A model generated the notes under the pieces. That model was not told the origin of the DNA. It searched no databases and saw only the letters and a list, made by a program, of their open reading frames with translations. This document shows positions 28,915-38,510 of a DNA stretch of 64,000 nt, in pieces. Positions within the stretch are counted from its first letter, which is position 1. The number at the start of each line of letters is the position of its first letter. The stretch is from a virus, in the IMG/VR virus record IMGVR_UViG_3300030329_006012, positions 96,001 to 160,000 of that record; one strand, 5' to 3'. Made by a program: the position numbers and the translations under genes.

Positions 28915-29731
28915 ATGAATAATGTGGGTGTGGAAATGAGTATTAAAAAACAATTGTTTGATAAGGCGCAGGACTCCTTAAAGCGTCAGCGCGAAGCAGA
29001 GGGTCATTCGGGCGATGTGCCAGCAGAATGCGAGGCTCTCGCCGAGGAGTACTGCAGCGACGTTTTTGCACGTGCTTCTCGTGGTGAGCTGAAGGTGTCT
29101 TTTGAGATGCAGGGCCACAGCATGGAGACGATTAAGGTTGTTTCTATTTTGATGAAAGAGAAGCTGGGCGATGTGCTCATATCCTTTTCTCCTCGCGGCA
29201 TCGAAGCAAACTGGAAGATGAATGATTAGGTTCGTTTTATGAATTTGAGTGTTGGTGATTTGGTGCAGGGTCTTAGGCCCTGGAATAGAGATGCGCTACT
29301 AGGGGTTGTTATAGCTGAAGGCACAGAGGAGACCCATACCTTTCAGGTCCACTGGGTTAATTCGGGGAAGAGCTCCTTTGGTTCAGCCATGCCGGTGACG
29401 TGGGAAGTGAAAGACTCCCTTGTGAGATTGAACAATGAACAGTAAGAAGAGATACGACGAGATTTTGAGACTAAATGTTGAGAGTGTTGCAAATGAGCCA
29501 GGTGACTGGATCTCTCCACCGGAGAACGACCTCCTTATTTTACAAAATGCCATTTTCCAATCACTTTTCAGCTACTTCAGCATTTGTGCTGAGGACTCCA
29601 AGCTAGATCTGCAGTACGAAATAGGCCCAGAGAGGATCATTAATGCAATGCTAAAGAGGACAGAGATCGAGATCGTGGATGCCCTCATAAAGTCCTATAA
29701 TAAAAGGATTTATGGCGACAGCGCAGAATAG
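28915..29731 (+). other. Three small hypothetical CDSs: 28915-29229, 29239-29445 (KOW-like, LSVGDLV), 29435-29731
   Basis: Tightly packed ORFs from the track. Confidence 0.55.
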
Positions 29732-29733
29732 AC

Positions 29734-29762
29734 TTGACAAATGATCCCACCTGTGATAGAAT
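29734..29762 (+). promoter_or_regulatory. sigma70-like promoter
   Basis: TTGACA-17-TAGAAT with TG; implies start ATG 29782. Confidence 0.8.
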
Positions 29763-29781
29763 AGCTTTTTTAGGAGTTTAT

Positions 29782-30432
29782 ATGACAAAAGACCGGCTAG
29801 ACAGTCTGATTGAGAAAAAACAAGAAGAAGAGGATGGGGACACCATCTCTTTCCTTGAGTCCCTTAAAGCTAATCTTGAGAAATGGGGGCGCCTTACTGA
29901 AAAACAAATGGCCGCATTTGAAAGGATCGAGTATCTTGCTTCTGATGAGGGAAAAAAATATGTTGAGGATTGGCGAAAAGAGTATGTAGAAAATCTAATG
30001 CCATCTGCCCTTATTTGCGCGAGGTATTATTTGGCTAACCCTCCATATTTTAATGATATTGCAAACAAAATCATTGCCAACCCATCATTTGTGCCTACTG
30101 AAAAACAATACCGAGCACTCTGCGAAAACAAGTATGCCACGAAGGTGCTGGCGGAAGCAAGAAGAGAGCCAAAATATGAAAATGGAGACATCGTACAAAT
30201 AAGAGAAGCACAGGCAATGCCTTATCACCTTTACCCGATTAAAGGCAAACCCTCAGTGGTTATCAGCAACAAGACGGGCATCGTAACTACGCATGCCCAA
30301 GGTGCAAAAGTTTATAAAATTCTACCATTTGGACAATCACAAATGTTTGAATGTCAAGAAAGATACCTGAAAGGCTTCAGGGATCCACAACGCTCCTCAC
30401 CGGGAGCAAAGGAGGAAGACAATGAACAGTGA
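29782..30432 (+). CDS. Hypothetical protein with a C-terminal KOW-like domain
   Basis: SD AGGAG; GRLTEKQ; YENGDIVQIR. Confidence 0.65.
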   Translation: MTKDRLDSLIEKKQEEEDGDTISFLESLKANLEKWGRLTEKQMAAFERIEYLASDEGKKYVEDWRKEYVENLMPSALICARYYLANPPYFNDIANKIIANPSFVPTEKQYRALCENKYATKVLAEARREPKYENGDIVQIREAQAMPYHLYPIKGKPSVVISNKTGIVTTHAQGAKVYKILPFGQSQMFECQERYLKGFRDPQRSSPGAKEEDNEQ

Positions 30433-31403
30433 AATGATGAAAGCTCTTAGAGAGTCTGCTATCACTACTTTGGCAAAAGGCGCCGATATCGCTTTTAAGA
30501 CTGCAGTTGTAGTTTTGACGTTAAAGTTTTTAGGCATTCTTCAATAAGATGAAGACAGTAATTCATGTCAACCAGAATAAGATTCGCCAGAACACTAAGG
30601 CTGATCTGTGCGATCTTGTTCCGGTTTTAACAGTAAAAACATATAAATCTAACGAATACGGTTACGAGGCCATAATTAAAGATGATGAGGGCAACCATGT
30701 TGCTAAGGTTATTTATTCCCCACATAAGCCACTCTCTTGTGGCGCACGAGTGTGGATTGAAACAAAAAATGAAGTGGAGGTGATTAAAGATGTCTGAGGA
30801 AAACAAAAAACTCTTTACGATAACAGCGGCTCGAAAATCAGAAGAGGGTGTAGAGCTTGATTTTGATTTGTCAGAGGAGTTTGTAGAGCGTTTCAAGAAA
30901 GAACAGAATTTAAAGAAATGGTCCAAGAAGAGGTTTGATGAATGGGTGACTCAAAATATTGATGTCCTCCTTAAGCTCTTAGAAGAGAACAAGTAGAAGA
31001 TGACAAGACACCGCTTTAAAGTCGGCGATTTGATTCGGATGTGCACCACCACTGAGGAGACGAGTATTCAGCCAGAGGACATTGAGTGGTGCTATGGTAT
31101 TTATGTCGCCTCCGTCGAAGAGGAGCGTCCCTATGATGGTTTCTGTGGACACACAGAGAGGTACGACAGAATTTTACACAACGGCCGCTTTATGAATTTT
31201 GATCACTACTGGCACATAGAAAGGATATCCTAATGTCTGACGCCGAACGAAAAGCCTTCGATACCATGATTGGCCACCACATTAAATCTTTTACTCAAGA
31301 CGACGAGCACAAGCGGGAATTCCACCGCGAAATGTACGAAGTAACCAAGCATGTCTTATGGGACTTGCAGGAAGAAAAGAAGACAAATGATAAAAACCCT
31401 TGA
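30422..31403 (+). other. Small hypothetical CDSs: 30422-30547 (TM peptide), 30549-30797, 30790-30996, 31000-31233 (FKVGDLI), 31233-31403
   Basis: Start/stop-coupled chain; 30422 and 31233 translated by hand (below the track cutoff). Confidence 0.55.
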
Positions 31404-31836
31404 ATATGGTGCTTTCACCATCATGCTTGCTTTCACCAGTGTGCAGGAGAAGATGATTGAGGAGGTGACACCTATCATCGTGGAAGAGTCCCTCGCCAAT
31501 GGCTTAGAGCCCGAACTCGTCGCTGCAGTTATTCAGGTGGAGAGCTCATGGTATCCGAAGGCCGAAAGCAAAGCTGGTGCATGCGGCTTGATGCAGGTGA
31601 TCCCCAAGTGGAATCCTAAGCCAGATGGCTCGCTCTACACTTGCGACGAATTAAAAGATCCGGCAACCAATATTAAGGCCGGAACAGCAGCACTGGCTCG
31701 GTGGATGCGAAGAGCGTCTGGAGACAAATACCTGGCCCTGTGTGCCTATAACGCAGGAAACACCTGCTTCAAGAAGTTGCGAATGAACTACGTCCGACGA
31801 GTGATGAATGTATATCACTCAATTGTGAGAAAATAA
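31387..31836 (+). CDS. Soluble lytic transglycosylase (SLT domain)
   Basis: LVAAVIQVESS, AGACGLMQV, NIKAGT, AYNAG. Confidence 0.92.
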   Translation: MIKTLEYGAFTIMLAFTSVQEKMIEEVTPIIVEESLANGLEPELVAAVIQVESSWYPKAESKAGACGLMQVIPKWNPKPDGSLYTCDELKDPATNIKAGTAALARWMRRASGDKYLALCAYNAGNTCFKKLRMNYVRRVMNVYHSIVRK

Positions 31837-31873
31837 AACTCTATACGATTGTCCATAACTACTTATTATTGTT

Positions 31874-32599
31874 ATGGAAAGTAGGTGGAGAACACTGGTA
31901 AAATCTATTAGCTGGAAAGCGTCCGCGTTTTTCAACCTTACGGCATTGACTTTTTACCAGACAGGATCTATAAAGAAGGCTTTAGGTACTTCGGCTGTTT
32001 ATCAACTATTTAGTTTTGTATTATACAATTTACACGAGAGGGCTTGGACGATGATTTCATGGGGAAAGAAAAAAGGATTATTTATTCAGATGACAGGACT
32101 ATCAGGGTCTGGAAAATCAACCATTGCACAAGAGGTAGCTAACATACTGCGTAAGAAAAATTACAATGTTGAAGTGATAGATGGCGATTATTATCGGCAA
32201 AACTTGTGCAAAGATCTGGGCTTTTCTAAGGAAGATAGGAACGAGAATATCCGAAGGCTCGGATTTGTAGGGAATGTCCTTTCGAAGAATGGCGTAATCT
32301 GCCTAATGTCGGCCATCAATCCCTATGAGGACATCCGCAAGGAGCTCCGCCAAATGGGGGGCAACGTAAAAACTGTTTATGTCAAGGCCCCACTGGATGT
32401 TTTAAAGGAAAGAGATCCCAAGGGACTCTACCACAAGGCCCTTTTGCCAGATGATCACCCTGAGAAGATCAAAAACTTTACAGGTATTTCAGACCCCTTT
32501 GATTCACCGCTCGTTTGTGACTTGACTATTGACACAGAACATGATACAATTGAACAGTCGGCAAAGAAATTATATAAGTTTATAATGAAAAACACCTGA
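31874..32599 (+). CDS. cysC: Adenylylsulfate kinase with an N-terminal DUF2061-like membrane domain
   Basis: RTLVKSISWK...YNLHERAW (DUF2061-like); MTGLSGSGKST, IDGD, LGFSKEDRNENIRR, SAINPY, RDPKGLY, FTGISDPF. Confidence 0.92.
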   Translation: MESRWRTLVKSISWKASAFFNLTALTFYQTGSIKKALGTSAVYQLFSFVLYNLHERAWTMISWGKKKGLFIQMTGLSGSGKSTIAQEVANILRKKNYNVEVIDGDYYRQNLCKDLGFSKEDRNENIRRLGFVGNVLSKNGVICLMSAINPYEDIRKELRQMGGNVKTVYVKAPLDVLKERDPKGLYHKALLPDDHPEKIKNFTGISDPFDSPLVCDLTIDTEHDTIEQSAKKLYKFIMKNT

Positions 32600-32623
32600 T
32601 CGCACACCGAGAGAGGAGAAACA

Positions 32624-32719
32624 ATGAAACATACCGTGCTAGACATTATAGTGTGGACAGTTTCTGCACTGTTCGTGACGGGAATGTTTTTGCTTAGTAT
32701 ATTATCATACGTTGAATAG
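32624..32719 (+). CDS. 31-aa single-TM peptide
   Basis: MKHTVLDIIVWTVSALFVTGMFLLSILSYVE after SD AGGAG. Confidence 0.5.
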   Translation: MKHTVLDIIVWTVSALFVTGMFLLSILSYVE

Positions 32720-32722
32720 CTC

Positions 32723-32750
32723 TTGACGCTTGCAAATGGGTGTGTATATT
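32723..32750 (+). promoter_or_regulatory. sigma70-like promoter for Hsp20
   Basis: TTGACG-16-TATATT with TGTG. Confidence 0.6.
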
Positions 32751-32816
32751 ATTGTTATGTCGCCAATTGTGGGGCATATTAACCAAGTCATAACTTGCTT
32801 ATAAAGGAGAATAAAT

Positions 32817-33245
32817 ATGACTAATTCTATGATTAAACGAAACCACTACTTCCCGTCAATTATGGGGCGGAGCGTCCTTGATCAGTTTTTTGATCAGGTA
32901 TTTGATGACTCTTTGTTCCGGCGCTCGACTGAGGGTTATCCATTGACTGATATTTACAAAACTGATGAAGGAGATCAGGTGATTGAGATGGCTCTTGCTG
33001 GGTTTTCGAAAGAAGATTTAAATATCGAAGTCAAAGATAACTCTATAACAATTACGTGCGAGAAAACGACAGAGGGAGAAGTTTCCACGCGAAAGATTGC
33101 CAGACGTTCTTTTGCGAAGTCTTTTGTTGATTACAACAGCGAACTGAACATGAAGAACGCATTGGCGTCTTTTGATAACGGCTTGTTAAAGATCAGCATT
33201 CCTCAAGTAGAGGAGGCCAAGCCTACTGTTATTGATATTAAGTAG
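32817..33245 (+). CDS. Small heat-shock protein Hsp20 (IbpA-like)
   Basis: YPLTDI, IEMALAGFSKEDL, IARRSF, A.FDNGLLKI.IP. Confidence 0.92.
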   Translation: MTNSMIKRNHYFPSIMGRSVLDQFFDQVFDDSLFRRSTEGYPLTDIYKTDEGDQVIEMALAGFSKEDLNIEVKDNSITITCEKTTEGEVSTRKIARRSFAKSFVDYNSELNMKNALASFDNGLLKISIPQVEEAKPTVIDIK

Positions 33246-33253
33246 GAGAGGCT

Positions 33254-33430
33254 TTGATTGTTTGTATCTGCAACAGATTAAACGATAAAGATATTGAGCG
33301 CCTCTGCGACTCTTGCGAAAATAAGCACGAGTTCGCAGAGTGCGTTAGAGAGAAGATGAGCAAGAGAAGCTGTCTCTCCTGCTATGCAGAGCTTATCCAA
33401 AGTTTTGAGAAAAACGCTAATGAAGAATAA
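33254..33430 (+). CDS. Bfd-like [2Fe-2S] ferredoxin (58 aa, absent from the ORF track)
   Basis: TTG start after AGGAG; MIVCICNRLNDKDIERL...SCLSCYAELI matches Bfd CxC...CxxC. Confidence 0.75.
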   Translation: MIVCICNRLNDKDIERLCDSCENKHEFAECVREKMSKRSCLSCYAELIQSFEKNANEE

Positions 33431-33434
33431 TTAC

Positions 33435-33463
33435 TTTACAGGAAGCCACTTTTGTGGTACAAT
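33435..33463 (+). promoter_or_regulatory. sigma70-like promoter
   Basis: TTTACA-17-TACAAT with TGTG; ATG 33470 follows 6 nt later. Confidence 0.7.
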
Positions 33464-33469
33464 GACATT

Positions 33470-33836
33470 ATGGAAGAAGATAATAAGATACAGAGCCTCG
33501 AAGCAGAGGTTCGGGAATTGAGAGAACAGATAGAAGTGCTGAGTGCTAAACTGGCACACAAAAAAGAATTACTGGACGAATGTTACGCCATTATTCACTA
33601 CAAGGGTGCTTGGCTTAGTCTTTCTGATGAGAACATCAAGGGGCTCCGCAAACACAGGGAAAGTCAAAAAAAGAAAGTAGAGACAGATTGTCTTTGGGGA
33701 GTTTAATATGAGTTTTGAATTTTTATCAGACTTGATGATTGTAAGTGTAATAAATTTTGTTATAGTTTTTGGGGGAACCATTGGAGTTCTCGTGTTGAGA
33801 GACAAGTTCTTTCCACCAAAAGAAGAGGAAGAGTAA
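33470..33836 (+). other. Two small CDSs: 33470-33706 (coiled coil) and 33708-33836 (42-aa TM peptide)
   Basis: Track ORF plus hand translation MSFEFLSDLMIVSVINFVIVFGGTIGVLVLRDKFFPPKEEEE. Confidence 0.5.
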
Positions 33837-33837
33837 G

Positions 33838-34350
33838 ATGAATAAGTTACTGGGATTAATGTTTGCAGCACTGTTACTACCCGCCACAGCCGACGCAACA
33901 AAGAACTCACTAGGCTTCGCAGCCGGATCTACATACGGCGTGGGACTATCTTACGCCTTGGATCTCGACAGCGGCCACGGCTTCCAATTAACGGGCCTTC
34001 CCTATTGGAGCGAGGACGGAGGATTGATTGCTGCTGGTGCAAATTATCGATATACCTTTCACCAGAACGGCAGAGTGGGCATTTATGGCAGCTTTGGCAT
34101 CGCCGGAATGATGTCTAAGGACACCTACCAGAACTGCGACTGGAATGAGGATACACAAGTTGACAATTGCACCGACGTGGTTGAGGAGAGTTTTAATCTT
34201 GCTTCTGGCCCCGGTGTTGGACTTCAAATGTTCTTTTGGGAGAATATGGTTGTTCGTTTTGAGCTTCCGCTGACCATGCGCTATGGTACGGATGGTTTCG
34301 GTATCACCCCCATCCCCAATGTAGCCCTTATGTATCGTTGGGGTGACTAA
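33838..34350 (+). CDS. Secreted protein, probable outer-membrane beta-barrel
   Basis: Signal peptide ending ATADA; alternating hydrophobic Gly/aromatic strands; C-terminal ALMYRWGD. Confidence 0.55.
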   Translation: MNKLLGLMFAALLLPATADATKNSLGFAAGSTYGVGLSYALDLDSGHGFQLTGLPYWSEDGGLIAAGANYRYTFHQNGRVGIYGSFGIAGMMSKDTYQNCDWNEDTQVDNCTDVVEESFNLASGPGVGLQMFFWENMVVRFELPLTMRYGTDGFGITPIPNVALMYRWGD

Positions 34351-34661
34351 TGGCGACCTACAACAAGCTTGTAAGAGATCGTATCCCCGAAATCCTAGAG
34401 GCCAAGGGAAAGAAATATACTGTGCGCCAAATAAAAGAAGGCTTTGAAAAGGGAAGCTACCTCAGAAAGAAGCTCGTCGAGGAGACGGATGAATTTCTCC
34501 AGCACCCATGCATCGAGGAGTTGGCTGATGTGCAAGAGGTTATCTTTGCACTGGCCGAGAACATGGGCTACCAACCAGAGCACCTGGAGGTTTTCCGAAA
34601 AGAGAAGGCCGAACAACGTGGTGTGTTTAACGACAACTGGATTTTAGAGGAGGTGCTTTAA
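34350..34661 (+). CDS. MazG-like/PRA-PH all-alpha NTP pyrophosphohydrolase
   Basis: YNKLVRDRIPEI, KLVEETDEF, EELADVQEV, RGVF. Confidence 0.88.
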   Translation: MATYNKLVRDRIPEILEAKGKKYTVRQIKEGFEKGSYLRKKLVEETDEFLQHPCIEELADVQEVIFALAENMGYQPEHLEVFRKEKAEQRGVFNDNWILEEVL

Positions 34662-34918
34662 TGAGATGGTTAGTTTTATTTATGCTGGTTGCGTCCTCGT
34701 GTGGCTCGCCTCTTTCGGTTGCTGCAGATGACGACCCTCGCTTCTGCTCCGAGAACTACCCCCACGACCAGTCGCCTGAGCTGTGTGAGTCTAGTTCGTA
34801 TGGTGACTGCTGTGCTTGGGAAATCGAAGAAGGTGGCGAAACATGCCGTTATGACTATTGCTCTTTCTACTCTTCCACCCCATGTCAGTGGGAGCTACAG
34901 TACACGGAGTGTCACTAA
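34661..34918 (+). CDS. Cys-rich lipoprotein
   Basis: MRWLVLFMLVASS-C lipobox-like; eight further Cys. Confidence 0.6.
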   Translation: MRWLVLFMLVASSCGSPLSVAADDDPRFCSENYPHDQSPELCESSSYGDCCAWEIEEGGETCRYDYCSFYSSTPCQWELQYTECH

Positions 34919-35706
34919 TGGCCACACACAAAGAGAGTAAAAGCTTCAGGGCCATCTGCGAAGAGTTTAATTTAAGGTACAAGCTGAACGACGCAGGTGA
35001 ACCAGTGTCTCCCACTCGCAAGAGGGTTTCACCTGAAGACCATCTCTACGACCTCCGCGATGGAGCCGTCGGAGTTCACATATCGAGGGAGACAAAGAAG
35101 AAATATACTTTCTCAAAAAACAAGCTTGTGAGAATGGGGTGTAGTGTTATACAAGATGGCGACATGGAGGGGAACTTTTCAGTAAGCAAAGAGTGCCTGC
35201 TGGAAGTTGCCAAGGAGCTTTCCTGCGTAAAGAAAAACAGAACCTTCACAGATGAGGAAAAGCAGGCGATCAGAGAGAGGCTTAAAAAATGAAAACAAAA
35301 AACAGAGATTCTTTTAATGATGACTTCGCAACCATTGATGGGTTTATGTCTTTCTTCAAGTATAAGACAGTCAGCGAGCTGGCCACAGAGTCGGGATTAA
35401 ATACCAAGATTGTCTCTAAAGTCATCAAGCAGATGTTGAAAAACGGCGATGCCATTAAGCGAGGCCGAGCTTACAAGTACCCCAACGGACGGTAAGATGA
35501 GGAAAGTTGCCGCAGGAACAAAAATAAAAGCACCTACCGAGCTTGGCATTGATTATGGGATCGTTATCGAACATCAGCCTTCTCCGTACTCTAGGGACGT
35601 TTATTTAGTACAGTGGGGAGACAGCACTCAAACCCTCTTTGAATTAAGAAAGGAAAACTTAATTTCAGAGGAGCGAAAATGTTCAAACAAGCGAAAAAGA
35701 AACTAA
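34918..35706 (+). other. Three small CDSs: 34918-35292, 35289-35495 (winged-HTH-like), 35497-35706 (SH3-like)
   Basis: TVSELATESGLNTKIVSKVIKQMLKNG in the second; YGIVI...YLVQWGD in the third. Confidence 0.55.
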
Positions 35707-35821
35707 TTAGAGGGGCAATGGATGGTGTGCTGGTTTTATACCTGCGTAGCCTCCTAACTACCGAGAAGATGGTGCAAGTCCTTAAAAAGAAAGCAGAAAG
35801 GTTTTTGCAGGATAAAGGAAC

Positions 35822-35850
35822 TTGACAGGATCTCGCAAAGGTGGTATAAT
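35822..35850 (+). promoter_or_regulatory. sigma70-like promoter
   Basis: TTGACA-17-TATAAT with TG. Confidence 0.85.
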
Positions 35851-35920
35851 GGGGATACGTTTTGGCATATCAGCCTGTTTTTAAAGGTCTTTTAGAGATC
35901 ACTTTTACCTTGGAGAACCG

Positions 35921-37006
35921 ATGACTATCGATTTTAAGACATTCAACAAAACCGCCCCCCTTATTCTTGATTCTCGCTATCCTGTCCTCCTTCGAGGTCG
36001 CCACGGTATTGGAAAATCTCAAGTGGTTTATCAGGTCGCCAAAAAGATGCGACTCCCTGTCGTAGAGCGCCGAGCCTCGCAAATGACCGAGGGAGATCTC
36101 TTGGGTATCCCCTCTCCAGATGGCATAAGCATTAATGGAGAACAGGCGTCTAAGTTCCGCCCTTTTGACTGGCTAGTGCAAGCATGTACGGAGCCAGTCA
36201 TTTTGTTTTTTGATGAGATTGATCGTGCAACGATTGAGGTTCGTCAAGGCATTTTTGAACTTACTGATTCTCGTAAACTGGCCGGCTGGCACCTTCACGA
36301 TGATACTGTGATTTGCGCCGCGATTAATGGTGGCGAGCATGGCTCCCAATATCAGGTAGGGGAGATGGATCCAGCCGAACTAGATCGTTGGGCTACTTTT
36401 GATGTTGAGCCAACGGTGGAGGATTGGTTGAGTTGGGCCAAGGGCACTGTAAATGAAATTATCTGGGACTTTATTAATCAGAACCGAAAGCACCTAGAGC
36501 ATCTTGATGATTTTGAGCCCAACAAGGTGTATCCTTCGCGTAGATCGTGGGATCGCCTTAATCAAACACTGGCTCTTGCCGATGCCTACTCTAACCCTAG
36601 ATCTCCCGTGGTCTTTAATTTAGCCTCTGTGTTTGTTGGCTTTGAAGCTGCAATCGCCTTGACGGACTTTATCAAAAACTACCAAAAAATTGTTACAGTC
36701 AAAGATATTCTCAAGGATGGCAAGATTGAACTTACTGAGGGCTTTGGGATTAACCAGCACTCCGCACTGGTAGAGAAAATGGAAGCAGAAGGGTCGTTCA
36801 ATTCACTCCTAAAGAAAAAGGAGTTAAAAAATCTTGCGGCCTACTTTAAGACCCTTCCGTCAGAGGTGGCTATGAAGCTGTGGTATTCTCTCACCAGTTC
36901 CGGTGGTGATATTCAAAACACGATCAATCTACACCCTCTCATAAAGGAAGACTTGGTTGCAATGCTCACCAGCGCAGAAGATGATTCTGCAGAACAAGAT
37001 TCATAG
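35921..37006 (+). CDS. MoxR-like AAA+ ATPase
   Basis: LLRGRHGIGKS Walker A, LFFDEIDR Walker B, AAING, MDPAELDRW, PSRRSW. Confidence 0.9.
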   Translation: MTIDFKTFNKTAPLILDSRYPVLLRGRHGIGKSQVVYQVAKKMRLPVVERRASQMTEGDLLGIPSPDGISINGEQASKFRPFDWLVQACTEPVILFFDEIDRATIEVRQGIFELTDSRKLAGWHLHDDTVICAAINGGEHGSQYQVGEMDPAELDRWATFDVEPTVEDWLSWAKGTVNEIIWDFINQNRKHLEHLDDFEPNKVYPSRRSWDRLNQTLALADAYSNPRSPVVFNLASVFVGFEAAIALTDFIKNYQKIVTVKDILKDGKIELTEGFGINQHSALVEKMEAEGSFNSLLKKKELKNLAAYFKTLPSEVAMKLWYSLTSSGGDIQNTINLHPLIKEDLVAMLTSAEDDSAEQDS

Positions 37007-37018
37007 AAAGGCTTTTCA

Positions 37019-38227
37019 GTGATAAAAGATAAGTTTGATCTCAATAAGCACACCGCTCGCCTTCTTATGGATGAGCCATTCTTCGCAGCCCTCAGCCGCC
37101 GCATCGACAAACGCGAAACTCACGCTCTGCCAACTGCTGGTATGAGGTTGGATGAAGATGGGTTTTTTACCCTTCTTTATAATCCTGATTATTTCAGAGG
37201 TCTCACTGATGAGGAGATGTCAGACGTTCTTAAGCACGAATTTTATCACGTTATCTTTGAGCATGTAACTGGTCGTCTTCCTGGAGATGGCAAGACGGTA
37301 ACTAAGCTGTGGAATTTTGCCACAGACTTAGCCATTAACAGTCATTTGCGCCACCTACCCGAAGGGGCTCTCGTGCCATCGGAGGGTGAGTTTGAGGAGA
37401 TGCCACGTGGCTTGTCTGCAGAGCAGTATCATGAGCTCTTAAAAAAGCGGCAACAACAAGAAGAGAGTAAAGGATCGGCAGGAGAAGAGTCCTCCCCATC
37501 CAAGCCTAGCTTGTCGGATATTGATGACTTCGATGACCATACTGGCTGGGGAGAAGATCAGGCCAACGCCGGAGACCACCAGAAGGCACAGGAGAGGTTG
37601 AAGCAGATGATGAAGGACGCAGCTAAAGAGGCCAGCTCTAGTGGCGGCTGGGGGTCTGTTCCACAGTCTATACAAAGGGATATTCTGCAGCGCATAGATG
37701 GCTCACTGGACTGGAAAAAGGTTTTGAGATTTTTCATTAAGACCTCCCAAAAGGCCGATAAGTCGTCCACGGTGAAAAGGATTAACAAGCGTTACCCCTA
37801 TCTTCATCCTGGCCGCAAAACCAACCGTCAAGCTCGCGTGGCAGTGAGCATTGATCAGAGCGGCAGCGTGGATGATGCCATGTTGTCTGCCTTCTTCGGG
37901 GAATTAAATAAACTTGGAGAACTGGCGACCTTTACGGTTGTGCCATTCGATACAGCTGTAAGCGAAGAGGGAGTATTTGTATGGCGCAAGGGCGACAAAC
38001 TAAAGGCCAAGAGGGTCTTGAGTGGTGGCACTTGCTTTGACGCCCCAACTTGCTGGGTAAACGAGAGGGAGTTTGACGGTCACATTATCCTCACGGATCT
38101 GTGCGCTCCAAAGCCTCGACCAAGCAGATGTCAGCGCATGTGGCTTACAACTCCTTACAACGCGAAGAACCCGTACTTTGAGACAAAAGAGAGAGTGGTG
38201 GCAATTAATTATGATTCAGAATATTAA
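37019..38227 (+). CDS. Putative metallopeptidase plus VWA-like domain protein (DUF2201 family)
   Basis: LKHEFYHV, WNFATDLAIN, VSIDQSGSV, FDT, GGGT-like SGGTCF, ILTD. Confidence 0.88.
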   Translation: MIKDKFDLNKHTARLLMDEPFFAALSRRIDKRETHALPTAGMRLDEDGFFTLLYNPDYFRGLTDEEMSDVLKHEFYHVIFEHVTGRLPGDGKTVTKLWNFATDLAINSHLRHLPEGALVPSEGEFEEMPRGLSAEQYHELLKKRQQQEESKGSAGEESSPSKPSLSDIDDFDDHTGWGEDQANAGDHQKAQERLKQMMKDAAKEASSSGGWGSVPQSIQRDILQRIDGSLDWKKVLRFFIKTSQKADKSSTVKRINKRYPYLHPGRKTNRQARVAVSIDQSGSVDDAMLSAFFGELNKLGELATFTVVPFDTAVSEEGVFVWRKGDKLKAKRVLSGGTCFDAPTCWVNEREFDGHIILTDLCAPKPRPSRCQRMWLTTPYNAKNPYFETKERVVAINYDSEY

Positions 38228-38510
38228 GAGTTTTATATTGGGATTTCTGGTTGCAGGAGTCCTTTTTTGTTTTCTTCCAGCGGTTGCCTCTGTTGCAGAG
38301 GTGGAGAAGCAGATCAGCAAATTTGTTGGCTCCTTCAAATGCCGACTGGTGGAAGTGCAGGATATCGATTTGTGGGGTGGCAGAGTGCTGGTCAAGTCTA
38401 ACGACATGGGCCTTAGTTTTGTGATGATTGCCAAGGATAGCGCCACCTACGACATCTGCCCTGTGGGTGTGGGTGTCACTAGCCTTAAAGCGATCCCTCC
38501 CAAAAAGTGA
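38211..38510 (+). CDS. Hypothetical protein with a signal/TM segment
   Basis: FILGFLVAGVLFCFLPAVA. Confidence 0.5.
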   Translation: MIQNIKSFILGFLVAGVLFCFLPAVASVAEVEKQISKFVGSFKCRLVEVQDIDLWGGRVLVKSNDMGLSFVMIAKDSATYDICPVGVGVTSLKAIPPKK

